Of a stretch of DNA of 64,000 bases, positions 10,483 to 18,547 are shown piece after piece (the first letter of the stretch is position 1; every line of letters begins with the position of its first letter). The DNA lies in the NCBI RefSeq assembly GCF_029227855.1, contig NZ_CP074356.1; one strand, given 5' to 3'. Below the pieces are notes generated by a model that was given only the letters and a program-made list of their open reading frames with translations, was not told where the DNA came from and did no database searches. The stretch is from Escherichia coli. Its GTDB lineage: Bacteria > Pseudomonadota > Gammaproteobacteria > Enterobacterales > Enterobacteriaceae. Made by a program: the position numbers and the translations under genes.

Positions 10483-11058
10483 TTAAGGATTCATTAAGCA
10501 ATGTCGCAACCACCAATAAATCCGCTTAAGAACATGAAAATTGATTACTGGTATAAAGCGCTTACAGTTGTTGGCGCTGCGTTGTTTGTCTTTAATGGAA
10601 CGTCTTTTTTTGACAGATATCCCGTTGTTCCATTGGGTTTTTTGTCCTCCGGCATCTTTTTTATTGGTTTGGGGGAGTGGATTAATCACCCTCTCAAAGT
10701 GAGATTTATTGGTCCTGGAGTTTGGACTCGTGGATATAATCGTTCTTCGTGCGCACTCGGTATCATCTTCGACATACTTGGTTGTTTCCTGATTGTTACA
10801 GGAGTCGTCAAGTTCTTCTGATGTAAAACCGCAAATGGGGCACGTAACGGGAATTTTGAAAAGCGTTTCTCCGGGTTCCAGAACAAAATTTTCTGCGGTC
10901 TGATTTTGCTTCTCATATTTGTGCTCCGCGTCATTGTGAGAGCACATTCTTATTCTGAGTGCCTGTTTAAACTCACTGAAGCTGAGAGCTTCTTCGCCTT
11001 CGGCAAGACCTTCGAAGTATTCTTCGTAAGCCTTTTCCATGATTGTGTCGAAATCCAT
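10483..11058 (-). CDS. hypothetical phage protein with zinc-ribbon-like N-terminal half
   Basis: Start ATG 11058 with SD aggtga; N-terminal half MDFDTIMEKAYEEYFEGL... with C-x-H...CPICG motif; C-terminal half fully overlaps a plus-strand ORF in antisense codon register, so one of the two is probably an artefact. Confidence 0.35.
   Translation of the reverse strand: MDFDTIMEKAYEEYFEGLAEGEEALSFSEFKQALRIRMCSHNDAEHKYEKQNQTAENFVLEPGETLFKIPVTCPICGFTSEELDDSCNNQETTKYVEDDTECARRTIISTSPNSRTNKSHFERVINPLPQTNKKDAGGQKTQWNNGISVKKRRSIKDKQRSANNCKRFIPVINFHVLKRIYWWLRHCLMNP
10501..10821 (+). CDS. hypothetical 3-TM membrane protein (possible superinfection-exclusion-like)
   Basis: 106-aa ORF with three clear hydrophobic segments separated by short polar loops; overlaps the minus-strand ORF 10483-11058 in antisense; cannot decide which is real without codon statistics. 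Confidence 0.35.
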   Translation: MSQPPINPLKNMKIDYWYKALTVVGAALFVFNGTSFFDRYPVVPLGFLSSGIFFIGLGEWINHPLKVRFIGPGVWTRGYNRSSCALGIIFDILGCFLIVTGVVKFF

Positions 11059-11059
11059 A

Positions 11060-11215
11060 TCACTCACCTGAGTTTCTTTCCAGCCAGCGACGGGCACCAT
11101 TTTCGGTTTTAAACGTTTTGCTTTTGGTATATGTCATCGCGGTGAACGTACCGTCCTGGTTGGGGAACACGCCACATACCAGAGATTCGCTGTTGCCAAG
11201 ATCGATAGTATCCAT
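11060..11215 (-). CDS. hypothetical small phage protein
   Basis: ORF 11060-11269; likely start MDTIDLGNSE at 11215; stop adjacent to start of downstream gene. Confidence 0.35.
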   Translation of the reverse strand: MDTIDLGNSESLVCGVFPNQDGTFTAMTYTKSKTFKTENGARRWLERNSGE

Positions 11216-11329
11216 GCTGACCTCATTTCCCCTTAACGCCGGGGTCGCGGAACTGTTTGCTGAGAACACCGTGCGGTGTCTTGATGGAAAGTAATTTAGA
11301 ATAACCTAACACGAGAGGCAAGTGTTTTT

Positions 11330-11347
11330 TGTTAGATTGATCTAACA
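11330..11347. promoter_or_regulatory. operator-like palindrome TGTTAGA-N4-TCTAACA (copy 1)
   Basis: Perfect 7-4-7 inverted repeat tgttagattgatctaaca downstream of repressor gene; same half-sites as 11841-11858. Confidence 0.55.
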
Positions 11348-11383
11348 AAAAGAGTGGGCGCAACTAATCACTTGAAAAGAATG

Positions 11384-11791
11384 TTATTTTATTGATTTAT
11401 TTTTACGCGCTTTAAGCATTTCTTCGAAGAGTTTGTTGAAGTTTTCTACTCTTGCGCGCATTTCAGACAGCAAGGCTTCCTGCTCGGAAGATGGAAGAGC
11501 ATCGAATAATTCGATCAATTCTTTGTGGTTGGGAGTTAGCTCTGTTTCCACATGAAGTTCTTGTGCAGGCACTGGTGCCTTGTCTTCGTCACCAAACATT
11601 AGCCATGTAGGTGAGCACTTCAGAGCATCCGCTAAAGCAAACAATCGTTTTCCGACTGGCTGGGTTTCGTCTCTTTCCCATTGTGAAATTGTGACGTGAG
11701 CAACTCCAGCGAGGCGCGCAGCTTCTCGTTGTGTTAAGCGTAATTCTTTTCGTCGCGCCAGAACTCGCTGGCCTAGGGTTCTTGTATCCAT
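11384..11791 (-). CDS. DicA-like HTH (XRE family) prophage repressor
   Basis: 135-aa ORF; HTH LTQREAARLAGVAHVTISQWERDETQP; no peptidase S24 domain; divergent from a Cro/DicC-like gene. Confidence 0.85.
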   Translation of the reverse strand: MDTRTLGQRVLARRKELRLTQREAARLAGVAHVTISQWERDETQPVGKRLFALADALKCSPTWLMFGDEDKAPVPAQELHVETELTPNHKELIELFDALPSSEQEALLSEMRARVENFNKLFEEMLKARKNKSIK

Positions 11792-11840
11792 AGTTAGGTA
11801 ATTCTAATTTTTCTTGACTTAGGTATCCCGCGCACAATAA

Positions 11841-11858
11841 TGTTAGAAAAGTCTAACA
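11841..11858. promoter_or_regulatory. operator-like palindrome TGTTAGA-N4-TCTAACA (copy 2) overlapping divergent promoter region
   Basis: Perfect inverted repeat tgttagaaaagtctaaca between repressor and Cro-like gene; TTGACT hexamer at about 11813. Confidence 0.6.
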
Positions 11859-11871
11859 AGAGGGGGCTTTG

Positions 11872-12099
11872 ATGCTTAAAGTTGACGCAATTACTTTTTT
11901 TGGCAGCAAAACAAAGCTTGCCAATGCCGCAGGAGTGAGACTGGCAAGTGTTGCTGCTTGGGGGATACTGGTTCCTGAAGGTCGCGCGATGCGTCTACAG
12001 GAGGCATCTGGCGGGGAGCTTCAGTATGATCCCAAAGTTTATGACGAATATCGTAAGACGAAGCGGGCGGGGCGGTTGAACAATGAAAATCACTCCTGA
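11872..12099 (+). CDS. DicC/Cro-like small regulator
   Basis: 75-aa ORF MLKVDAITFFGSKTKLANAAGVRLASVAAWG..., SD aggggg, divergent from repressor. Confidence 0.8.
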   Translation: MLKVDAITFFGSKTKLANAAGVRLASVAAWGILVPEGRAMRLQEASGGELQYDPKVYDEYRKTKRAGRLNNENHS

Positions 12100-12604
12100 A
12101 CAGGCTCGTGAGGCTCTGGATGCCTGGATATGTCGACCAGGAATGACACAGGAGCAGGCGACGATATTAATCACTGAAGCATTCTGGGCTTTGAAAGAGC
12201 GCCCGAACATCGATGTTCAGCGTGTCACATATGAAGGTGGCGCGGTTGATCAGCGAGCGCTTAGCGTTAATCGAGTGAAGATATTCGAACGCTGGAAGGC
12301 TATCGACACCAGGGATAAGCGTGAAAAGTTCACAGCGCTAGTGCCTGCAATTATGGAGGCTATCCGGATTAGTGATTTCAGGTTGTATCGTGAGATCAGT
12401 GATGGAAAAAGTATTACGTACATGATCGCCGGGTTAAATAAAGAATATGGCGATGTGGTGGAATCCGGACTGCTTTTTGCAGATCCTGCCGTTGTAGATC
12501 GTGAAACTGACGAACTTATAGAAAAAGCAATTGCTTTCAAGCTTGCGTATCGACAGCAATACCAACAAAAAGCTGGATGGAATTATGAGTCTTCTTTTTG
12601 CTGA
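12083..12604 (+). CDS. hypothetical early regulatory protein (CII/YdaT-like position)
   Basis: 173-aa ORF overlapping the Cro-like gene stop; family not verified. Confidence 0.55.
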   Translation: MKITPEQAREALDAWICRPGMTQEQATILITEAFWALKERPNIDVQRVTYEGGAVDQRALSVNRVKIFERWKAIDTRDKREKFTALVPAIMEAIRISDFRLYREISDGKSITYMIAGLNKEYGDVVESGLLFADPAVVDRETDELIEKAIAFKLAYRQQYQQKAGWNYESSFC

Positions 12605-13550
12605 ACGCCCACTGGTTATAAACACGCAGCTGGCAATGAAAATCGGCTTAAACGAAGCCATTGTTTTGCAACAACTGCACTACTGGTTGAGAGATACCAA
12701 CTCCGGTATGGAATGTGATGGTGTTCGCTGGATTTATAACACAACGGAACAATGGCTGGAACAGTTCCCATTCTGGTCAGAGTCAACGTTAAAGCGCGCG
12801 TTTGCAAGTCTGAAAACGCTGGGGCTTTTGCGTTGTGAAAAGCTCAATAAATCAAAGCGCGATATGACCAATTTCTACACGATCAACTATGGGAGCGAGC
12901 TTTTAGATGGTGGCAAATTGAACGAATCCATCGGTTCAAAATGCGCCGCTCCATCAGGTCAAAATGACACGATGGAAGAGGTCAAAATGAAACGCTCCAT
13001 TGGTTCAAAACGATCCAATGTCATCGGGTCAAAATGGCCTGATGATCTTACAGAGAATACAACAGAGATTACTACAGAGAATAAAAACACTTTTCGTCCG
13101 GAAGCTTCGCAACCGGACCCGCAGACGACTGAACAGGATTTTTTAACCCGGAACTCCGACGCGGTTGTGTTTAGTGCGAAAAAACGCCAGTGGGGTAGCA
13201 GGGAGGATTTGGCGTGTGCGCAGTGGATCTGGGGGCGGATCGTGGGTCTCTACGAACAGGCAGCCAGTGATGATGGCGAGATCATGCGACCAAAAGAGCC
13301 TAACTGGACTGCCTGGGCCAATGACGTGCGCACAATGCGGATGCTGGATGGCAGAAGCCACAGACAAATTTGCGAAATGTTTGGTCGGGTTCAGCGAGAT
13401 CCATTCTGGGTAAAAAACATCATGAGCCCGTCAAAGCTCCGCGAAAAATGGGACGAACTGGTCATCCGCCTGGGACGTTCACCTGTACAGCGTTGTGTTA
13501 ATCATATTTCTGAACCGGATACAGAAATTCCGCCTGGTTTCAGAGGATAA
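12585..13550 (+). CDS. phage replication initiation / replisome organizer protein (O-like, with DnaT-like C-terminal region)
   Basis: N-terminal winged-helix-like region (NEAIVLQQLHYWL); internal iterons; C-terminal region resembles primosomal DnaT-type domain by pattern only. Confidence 0.65.
   Translation: MSLLFAERPLVINTQLAMKIGLNEAIVLQQLHYWLRDTNSGMECDGVRWIYNTTEQWLEQFPFWSESTLKRAFASLKTLGLLRCEKLNKSKRDMTNFYTINYGSELLDGGKLNESIGSKCAAPSGQNDTMEEVKMKRSIGSKRSNVIGSKWPDDLTENTTEITTENKNTFRPEASQPDPQTTEQDFLTRNSDAVVFSAKKRQWGSREDLACAQWIWGRIVGLYEQAASDDGEIMRPKEPNWTAWANDVRTMRMLDGRSHRQICEMFGRVQRDPFWVKNIMSPSKLREKWDELVIRLGRSPVQRCVNHISEPDTEIPPGFRG
12930..13040 (+). repeat. putative phage replication origin: five iterons (consensus GGT(T)CAAAATG) at about 23-bp spacing
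   Basis: Direct repeats at about 12933, 12957, 12979, 13002 and 13026 inside the replication gene, followed by an A+T-rich stretch with ACAGAGA repeats (13040-13100). Confidence 0.7.
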
Positions 13551-13590
13551 GTGTTGATTTCAGGTCATGAGGTAATTTTAAGGGGGACTT

Positions 13591-14022
13591 GTGGCAAAAG
13601 TTTTTACACAAGAAGAGCGGGAAAAAATTAAAGGGCAGGTGGTGGAACTCGTGCGCCAGAGCGGTCGTGAGACGTTACGGCAACTGGAAGCTAAAACAGG
13701 TGCGACTAGATATCTGATGAGCGTTCTTGCCAGAGAGCTGGTAGCCAGTGGCGATGTATACAACTCCGGCTACGGGTTATTCCCGTCTGAACAGGCGCGT
13801 AAGGACTGGCAACACGCCCGCAAAAAACTCTCGAGGGCAAAGGTGAAGAAACCTGCTGTGGTTGATCCGGACCTTATCTGGTCATTACCTGACGGAGAAA
13901 TACGCCGCTACGACAGTCGCCTAAACATAATCTGTCGCGAGTGCCGGAAGACTGAAGTTATGCAGCGTATACTCGCATTCTATCAGGGAAATGTTCGATA
14001 TCTATTGAAGCGACGAGATTAA
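13591..14022 (+). CDS. hypothetical phage protein
   Basis: 143-aa ORF with GTG start at 13591 and SD aaggggg; function unknown. Confidence 0.55.
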   Translation: MAKVFTQEEREKIKGQVVELVRQSGRETLRQLEAKTGATRYLMSVLARELVASGDVYNSGYGLFPSEQARKDWQHARKKLSRAKVKKPAVVDPDLIWSLPDGEIRRYDSRLNIICRECRKTEVMQRILAFYQGNVRYLLKRRD

Positions 14023-14345
14023 AGAGCATTAGTTCAGATGTGAATTGACATTTTCGTGGCACAAGATTAGCGCTAGCGTGGTCGTTTGGTTTGTGCCAAG
14101 AGCGGATAATGCTGACATTCCTATGCACTAATTAACGCAGAGCAAGCCAGTTAGTTGGTTATGGAAGTAAGTTGTAGCCAGCAACTATCACCATCGGAGA
14201 TATTTAGGGGGATGCACTCTAAGTTGTAGTTACTTTATAATGTCACTTTCAAAGCGGAAGCTTGTACAAAAGATGGATAAGCTTTTGTATAGTATGGGAT
14301 TCAAGAATCACTAAAAGATGACAACAGTACTTACAGGATGTGGCT

Positions 14346-14585
14346 ATGATCCGAATTATGATTAGAATATTTTCTTTGACATTCGTTGCTTGCGCTGGCT
14401 TTGCTGCATATCACTTCAATAGTGTGCCATTGATGTTCACTTCTGGTAGCTTTCTTGTAACATTTTTAGGTACATTTATTGTTAATAAAAAAAGTTCAGG
14501 GCATACAATAATTCAAAAAAGCGGTAGCCATTCAAAAAATAATCATACGGTCGTTTTTGGAAATAATGAAAACAAGCGAGGCTGA
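14346..14585 (+). CDS. small two-TM membrane protein, first gene of AT-rich operon
   Basis: ATG 14346 with SD agga; MIRIMIRIFSLTFVACAGFAAYHF... two hydrophobic helices and a basic tail; stop overlaps start region of next gene. Confidence 0.5.
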   Translation: MIRIMIRIFSLTFVACAGFAAYHFNSVPLMFTSGSFLVTFLGTFIVNKKSSGHTIIQKSGSHSKNNHTVVFGNNENKRG

Positions 14586-14587
14586 TC

Positions 14588-15184
14588 ATGGTTGGTGTTA
14601 CTCAAAGGTCAGGGAATTACTCACGTAATGTGCAGGTGGTTGTCGATTCTAACTCTGTTGATATTATAAAGTCTCCATCGATTTTTATGGATCTTGTTGG
14701 TATTTTAGTTGATTCGAATGTTATTGATCCTCGTACAAACAATGACTACGAGCCATATGATATTGAGAATAAAATAGACTTCAATGATGTTATAAAACAT
14801 AGAGAACGTATTGAAGGGTTCTATCTATATTCTTCGATGATAGATAAAGCGTATGAAACATTAAATGAAAGTATGCCTACTGCTAAGGAAACGGCACTGA
14901 AAAGCATCAATTCACGATATCTTGATTGTCAAGGAGATTTATTGCTTAAACATAGAGAAGCGTATAAGAGCTGCAAGGATGCTCAGGAACGGAATAATTT
15001 AAAGATTCAATTGGTAAGAGAGTTTGCAGATTGGATAATAGACAGTGTAATAGAGCACATCATTAAGAAATGCTTAAATTCTCTTATGGCAATGAATTAC
15101 ACAAGCGAAGAAATCGAATGCCATGCTTCTTTTATCGTTTATCATGCATTCGTAGAGTGTAAGATTCTGGAAAAACCAATATGA
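14588..15184 (+). CDS. hypothetical protein, 198 aa (candidate effector/partner of SMC-like ATPase)
   Basis: ATG 14588 with SD gagg; AT-rich codon usage; stop overlaps next start (ATGA). Confidence 0.6.
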   Translation: MVGVTQRSGNYSRNVQVVVDSNSVDIIKSPSIFMDLVGILVDSNVIDPRTNNDYEPYDIENKIDFNDVIKHRERIEGFYLYSSMIDKAYETLNESMPTAKETALKSINSRYLDCQGDLLLKHREAYKSCKDAQERNNLKIQLVREFADWIIDSVIEHIIKKCLNSLMAMNYTSEEIECHASFIVYHAFVECKILEKPI

Positions 15185-15417
15185 TTATCTCTGATGTAAC
15201 AAAACCAAGCCAAACCTTGTATTACCTGGGAGCTCGGTTATTAGAATGCATGAGTTCAAATGCTTATTCGTATGTTGATATTATAGACTTGTATAATGAA
15301 TTCAAATCTAAAAATAACAACTCTTCATTCACGCAATATATTTACACTTTAAATTGGCTATATTTATTAGGCCTGGTTGATGCTAACGAAAATGGAGATT
15401 TGATATTATGTTTTTGA
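15181..15417 (+). CDS. hypothetical small protein, 78 aa (candidate middle component)
   Basis: Translationally coupled to both neighbours: 4-nt overlap upstream, 10-nt overlap downstream. Confidence 0.5.
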   Translation: MIISDVTKPSQTLYYLGARLLECMSSNAYSYVDIIDLYNEFKSKNNNSSFTQYIYTLNWLYLLGLVDANENGDLILCF

Positions 15418-17132
15418 AACGGCTAATAGTCAGTTCTTTCAGGCTTGGAGTGATTCGTGATATCGAATTTCACATTGGCGTTAATTTGATTATTGACCGA
15501 AACACCTCCAGCAAAGAGCAAACTGGAAATGGTGTGGGAAAAACTACTGTATTAAGAGCTTTAGATTTTTGTTTTGGAGCAGAACAACTGAATTTTTATA
15601 CCGATCCTGAATTCAAGAAAGAAAATTCGGTTATAAAAAATTATTTGATAGAGAACGAGATTGAGTTTTGTTTAATTCTCACAAAAGATTTGAATAATAA
15701 AACTGCACCAGTAATAAAAATTAAGCGTAAAATTACATCTGAGACTAATAAAACGAAGGTTATAGCCTCAATAAATGAAGAGTCCTATACGAAGGCTAAA
15801 GATTTCAACGAGGCTTTAAAAAGAACATTATATCTTGATTCCGCGATAAAACCGACCATACGAGAGATTATGGGACGTGTTATTCGAAATACGCATGACA
15901 AGATGTCGAACGCATTAAAAACGATAAAAATGGGTTCTAATACACAATATGAAACGTTAAATCTGTTTATGTTTGGGTTCGGTAACTCACAGATTCTGGA
16001 TGAAAAACAGTCAGTGACTAAAGCCTATAAACTGGCGAAATCCGATTATGAAGTAATTACTCGCCATCGCTCAAAGAATGCTTTGGAACAAGCTATTGCA
16101 ATTATAAATAGAGATATTATAGCACAAGAAGAGTTAATTTCTAATTTTCAAGTGGCAGACTCTTATAATGATATGCTTGCTGAGTTAAATGAGTTAAAAA
16201 TTAAAATTAGTGAAGTTTCTATCACACTATCATCTTTGGAGTTTAAGCAAAAATTAAACGATAAGGCTATACTAGATCTGGAAAAAAGTCATGAAAATAT
16301 AAATACACTAGATCTACAGAAGTTGTACTTAGAAGCAACTGATCGGTTAGGTAACTTAAACAAAGAGTTTACTGAGCTACTTTCGTTTCATAATAAAATG
16401 CTTGTAAAAAAAGCTGAGTTTATTAGAAAACAAATGCAGCCAGTGCTGCAAGAAATTTCCAAATATAAAGATGAACTAAATAATTTATTGACTCAAGAAT
16501 CAGAGCTTTTAAAGAGTTTGTCTTCGCATGGGACATTGGCAGACCTGCAAATAATGCAAAAAAAATTAAATTCATTATTTGAAGAAAAAGGTGGGCTTGA
16601 AGCTGGACTACTTCAAATCCAAGAGATGGAGAACAACTTTAATATACTGAAAGCAAAGTTTAATGATGTGTCAGATAGATTAAAATCTAAACTTGACGAT
16701 TTTAACAAACGTCTTGCGCTATTCAATTCCTATTTTTCTTTATATACTAAAAAATTATATCAGGATGAATATATTCTTTCCTATAAAGATTCCTCCGGTT
16801 CTTTCGTTTTTACCATTGAACCTTTAGGAACTTTGCTCACATCAGGTAATCAGGGAGAAGGAAAAAAGAAAGCCCAGGTTGCCTCTTTAGATTTTGCCTA
16901 TTTATCTGTCCAGGAGTCTTTAGAAGCCAGAACACCACGTTTTATAGCTCATGATGGAATTGAGGCAATTCATGTAAATCAAATAAATAAGTTATTCGAG
17001 ATAGCTTCGGGGATTAATGGTCAATATATATTGGCTATTCTTAAAGACAAGTTGGAGAATATTGATCAAGACTTCATCAATAATAGTGTTGTGCTTGAGC
17101 TTGGGGAGGACGATAAGTTTTTTAGGCTTTAA
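15408..17132 (+). CDS. SMC-like ABC-type ATPase with long coiled-coil insert, 574 aa
   Basis: N-terminal RecF/SMC-like head with Walker A TGNGVGKTT (about 15522-15548); roughly 230-aa K/E/L-rich coiled-coil region; C-terminal signature-like SGNQGEG and Walker-B-like RFIAHDG followed by IEAIH. Confidence 0.7.
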   Translation: MFLKRLIVSSFRLGVIRDIEFHIGVNLIIDRNTSSKEQTGNGVGKTTVLRALDFCFGAEQLNFYTDPEFKKENSVIKNYLIENEIEFCLILTKDLNNKTAPVIKIKRKITSETNKTKVIASINEESYTKAKDFNEALKRTLYLDSAIKPTIREIMGRVIRNTHDKMSNALKTIKMGSNTQYETLNLFMFGFGNSQILDEKQSVTKAYKLAKSDYEVITRHRSKNALEQAIAIINRDIIAQEELISNFQVADSYNDMLAELNELKIKISEVSITLSSLEFKQKLNDKAILDLEKSHENINTLDLQKLYLEATDRLGNLNKEFTELLSFHNKMLVKKAEFIRKQMQPVLQEISKYKDELNNLLTQESELLKSLSSHGTLADLQIMQKKLNSLFEEKGGLEAGLLQIQEMENNFNILKAKFNDVSDRLKSKLDDFNKRLALFNSYFSLYTKKLYQDEYILSYKDSSGSFVFTIEPLGTLLTSGNQGEGKKKAQVASLDFAYLSVQESLEARTPRFIAHDGIEAIHVNQINKLFEIASGINGQYILAILKDKLENIDQDFINNSVVLELGEDDKFFRL

Positions 17133-17577
17133 GATTTGTAATTTGATAGATATGTAGATATCATTTTTCTCGCTCAAAACTGACAGTCAGATTTGAGCGA
17201 ATTGCTTATGTAAGTATTTCGCAGAATCATGCCATTTATATTTATTAGAACATACGTACTTTAAATGTGGGAGGCTGTCATGTTGGTTCTTAAATGTTCG
17301 CTGACTATTGCGGTGGTGCGGGTAATTTATTGTTCTGTTATTCTTATGGATCGCCTTTCTGACTGATTTCATATTGGCGAGATAACGGGAGTTAAGTAGA
17401 ATGCCTGCGGGTGCTTGAGGCTATCTGCCTCGGGCATGAACACCAACGGCAGATAGAGAAAAGCCCCAGTTAACATTACGCGTCCTGCAAGACGCTTAAC
17501 ATTAATCTGAGGCCAATTTCATGCTAGACACATGTAGGTTAGCCTCTTACGTGCCGAAAGGCAAGGAGAAGCAGGCT

Positions 17578-17733
17578 ATGAAGCAGCAAAAGGCGATGTT
17601 AATCGCCCTGATCGTCATCTGTTTAACCGTCATAGTGACGGCACTGGTAACGAGGAAAGACCTCTGCGAGGTACGAATCCGAACCGGCCAGACGGAGGTC
17701 GCTGTCTTCACAGCTTACGAACCTGAGGAGTAA
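17578..17733 (+). CDS. hokD: Hok-family type I toxin HokD
   Basis: 51-aa product MKQQKAMLIALIVICLTVIVTALVTRKDLCEVRIRTGQTEVAVFTAYEPEE matches remembered HokD/RelF. Confidence 0.85.
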   Translation: MKQQKAMLIALIVICLTVIVTALVTRKDLCEVRIRTGQTEVAVFTAYEPEE

Positions 17734-17949
17734 GAGACCCGGCGAGGGAGAAATCCCTCGCCACCTCTGATGTGACAGGCATCCTCAACGCACCCGCACT
17801 TAACCCGCTTCGGCGTGTTTTTGTTTTTATTTTCAACGCGTTTGAAGTTCTGGACGGTGCCGGAATAGAATCAAAAATACTTAAGTAGCGCGCAGGGATA
17901 AGAGGGATGTTCCCTTAAAGGGGAGAGCTAATTATCCGGAAGGATTCTG

Positions 17950-18201
17950 ATGATGAACATCGAAGAACTGCGTAAAATTTTTTGTGAAGATGGCCTCTAT
18001 GCTGTGTGCGTTGAAAATGGAAATCTTGTTAGTCATTACCGCATTATGTGTTTGCGAAAGAATGGGGCTGCGTTAATTAATTTTGTGGATGGTCGAGTGA
18101 CAGACGGATTTATCTTGCGCGAAGGTGAGTTTGTCACTTCATTACAGGCACTGAAAGAGATCGGAATAAAAGCAGGCTTTTCAGCTTTTGCAGAAGAATA
18201 A
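17950..18201 (+). CDS. rem: prophage protein Rem
   Basis: 83-aa product MMNIEELRKIFCEDGLYAVCVENGNL... matches remembered Qin Rem. Confidence 0.85.
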   Translation: MMNIEELRKIFCEDGLYAVCVENGNLVSHYRIMCLRKNGAALINFVDGRVTDGFILREGEFVTSLQALKEIGIKAGFSAFAEE

Positions 18202-18267
18202 ACTCATCTACAATCTTGCGCGGGGCTGAACTCCCGCTGAGTAACACCGTGCCACCGGAGAAAACCG

Positions 18268-18546
18268 ATGGCACGCAACGTAAAATATTACAATTCTGAT
18301 AATTCGCCCGTTCTTGCCTGCACGCACGAGCGGTATTCTCACGCATTCAAGTCTGAATGGTTCCAGCACCCTCCATGCACTGAAGAGCAGGCTGAATGGA
18401 TAATTCAGTGTTACCGCAGGCGCGGATACGAGGTTAAGAAAGCCCTTAGTCTCGACTACCGTCACTGGATAATCTCAGTCAGATTGCCTTACTCCGAACG
18501 CCCACCGCGTCCGTCCCGTACATTCCAGCAACGCATCTGGAGGTAA
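18268..18546 (+). CDS. hypothetical nin-region protein
   Basis: 92-aa ORF with SD ggag; stop immediately before ydfU-like start. Confidence 0.5.
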   Translation: MARNVKYYNSDNSPVLACTHERYSHAFKSEWFQHPPCTEEQAEWIIQCYRRRGYEVKKALSLDYRHWIISVRLPYSERPPRPSRTFQQRIWR

Positions 18547-18547
18547 C

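Noticed and set aside
17133-17577. relB-relE antitoxin-toxin pair expected upstream of hokD
   Set aside because: No ORFs resembling RelB or RelE are present; the interval holds only the hok regulatory leader.
17521-17733. 70-aa ORF containing HokD with a 19-residue N-terminal extension
   Set aside because: The conserved Hok protein starts at MKQQK (17578); the extension is more likely the upstream leader reading frame than part of the toxin.
17741-17762. Hairpin ggcgagggagaaatccctcgcc after hokD
   Set aside because: Not followed by a T-run on either strand, so not called as an intrinsic terminator; may be part of hok mRNA folding.
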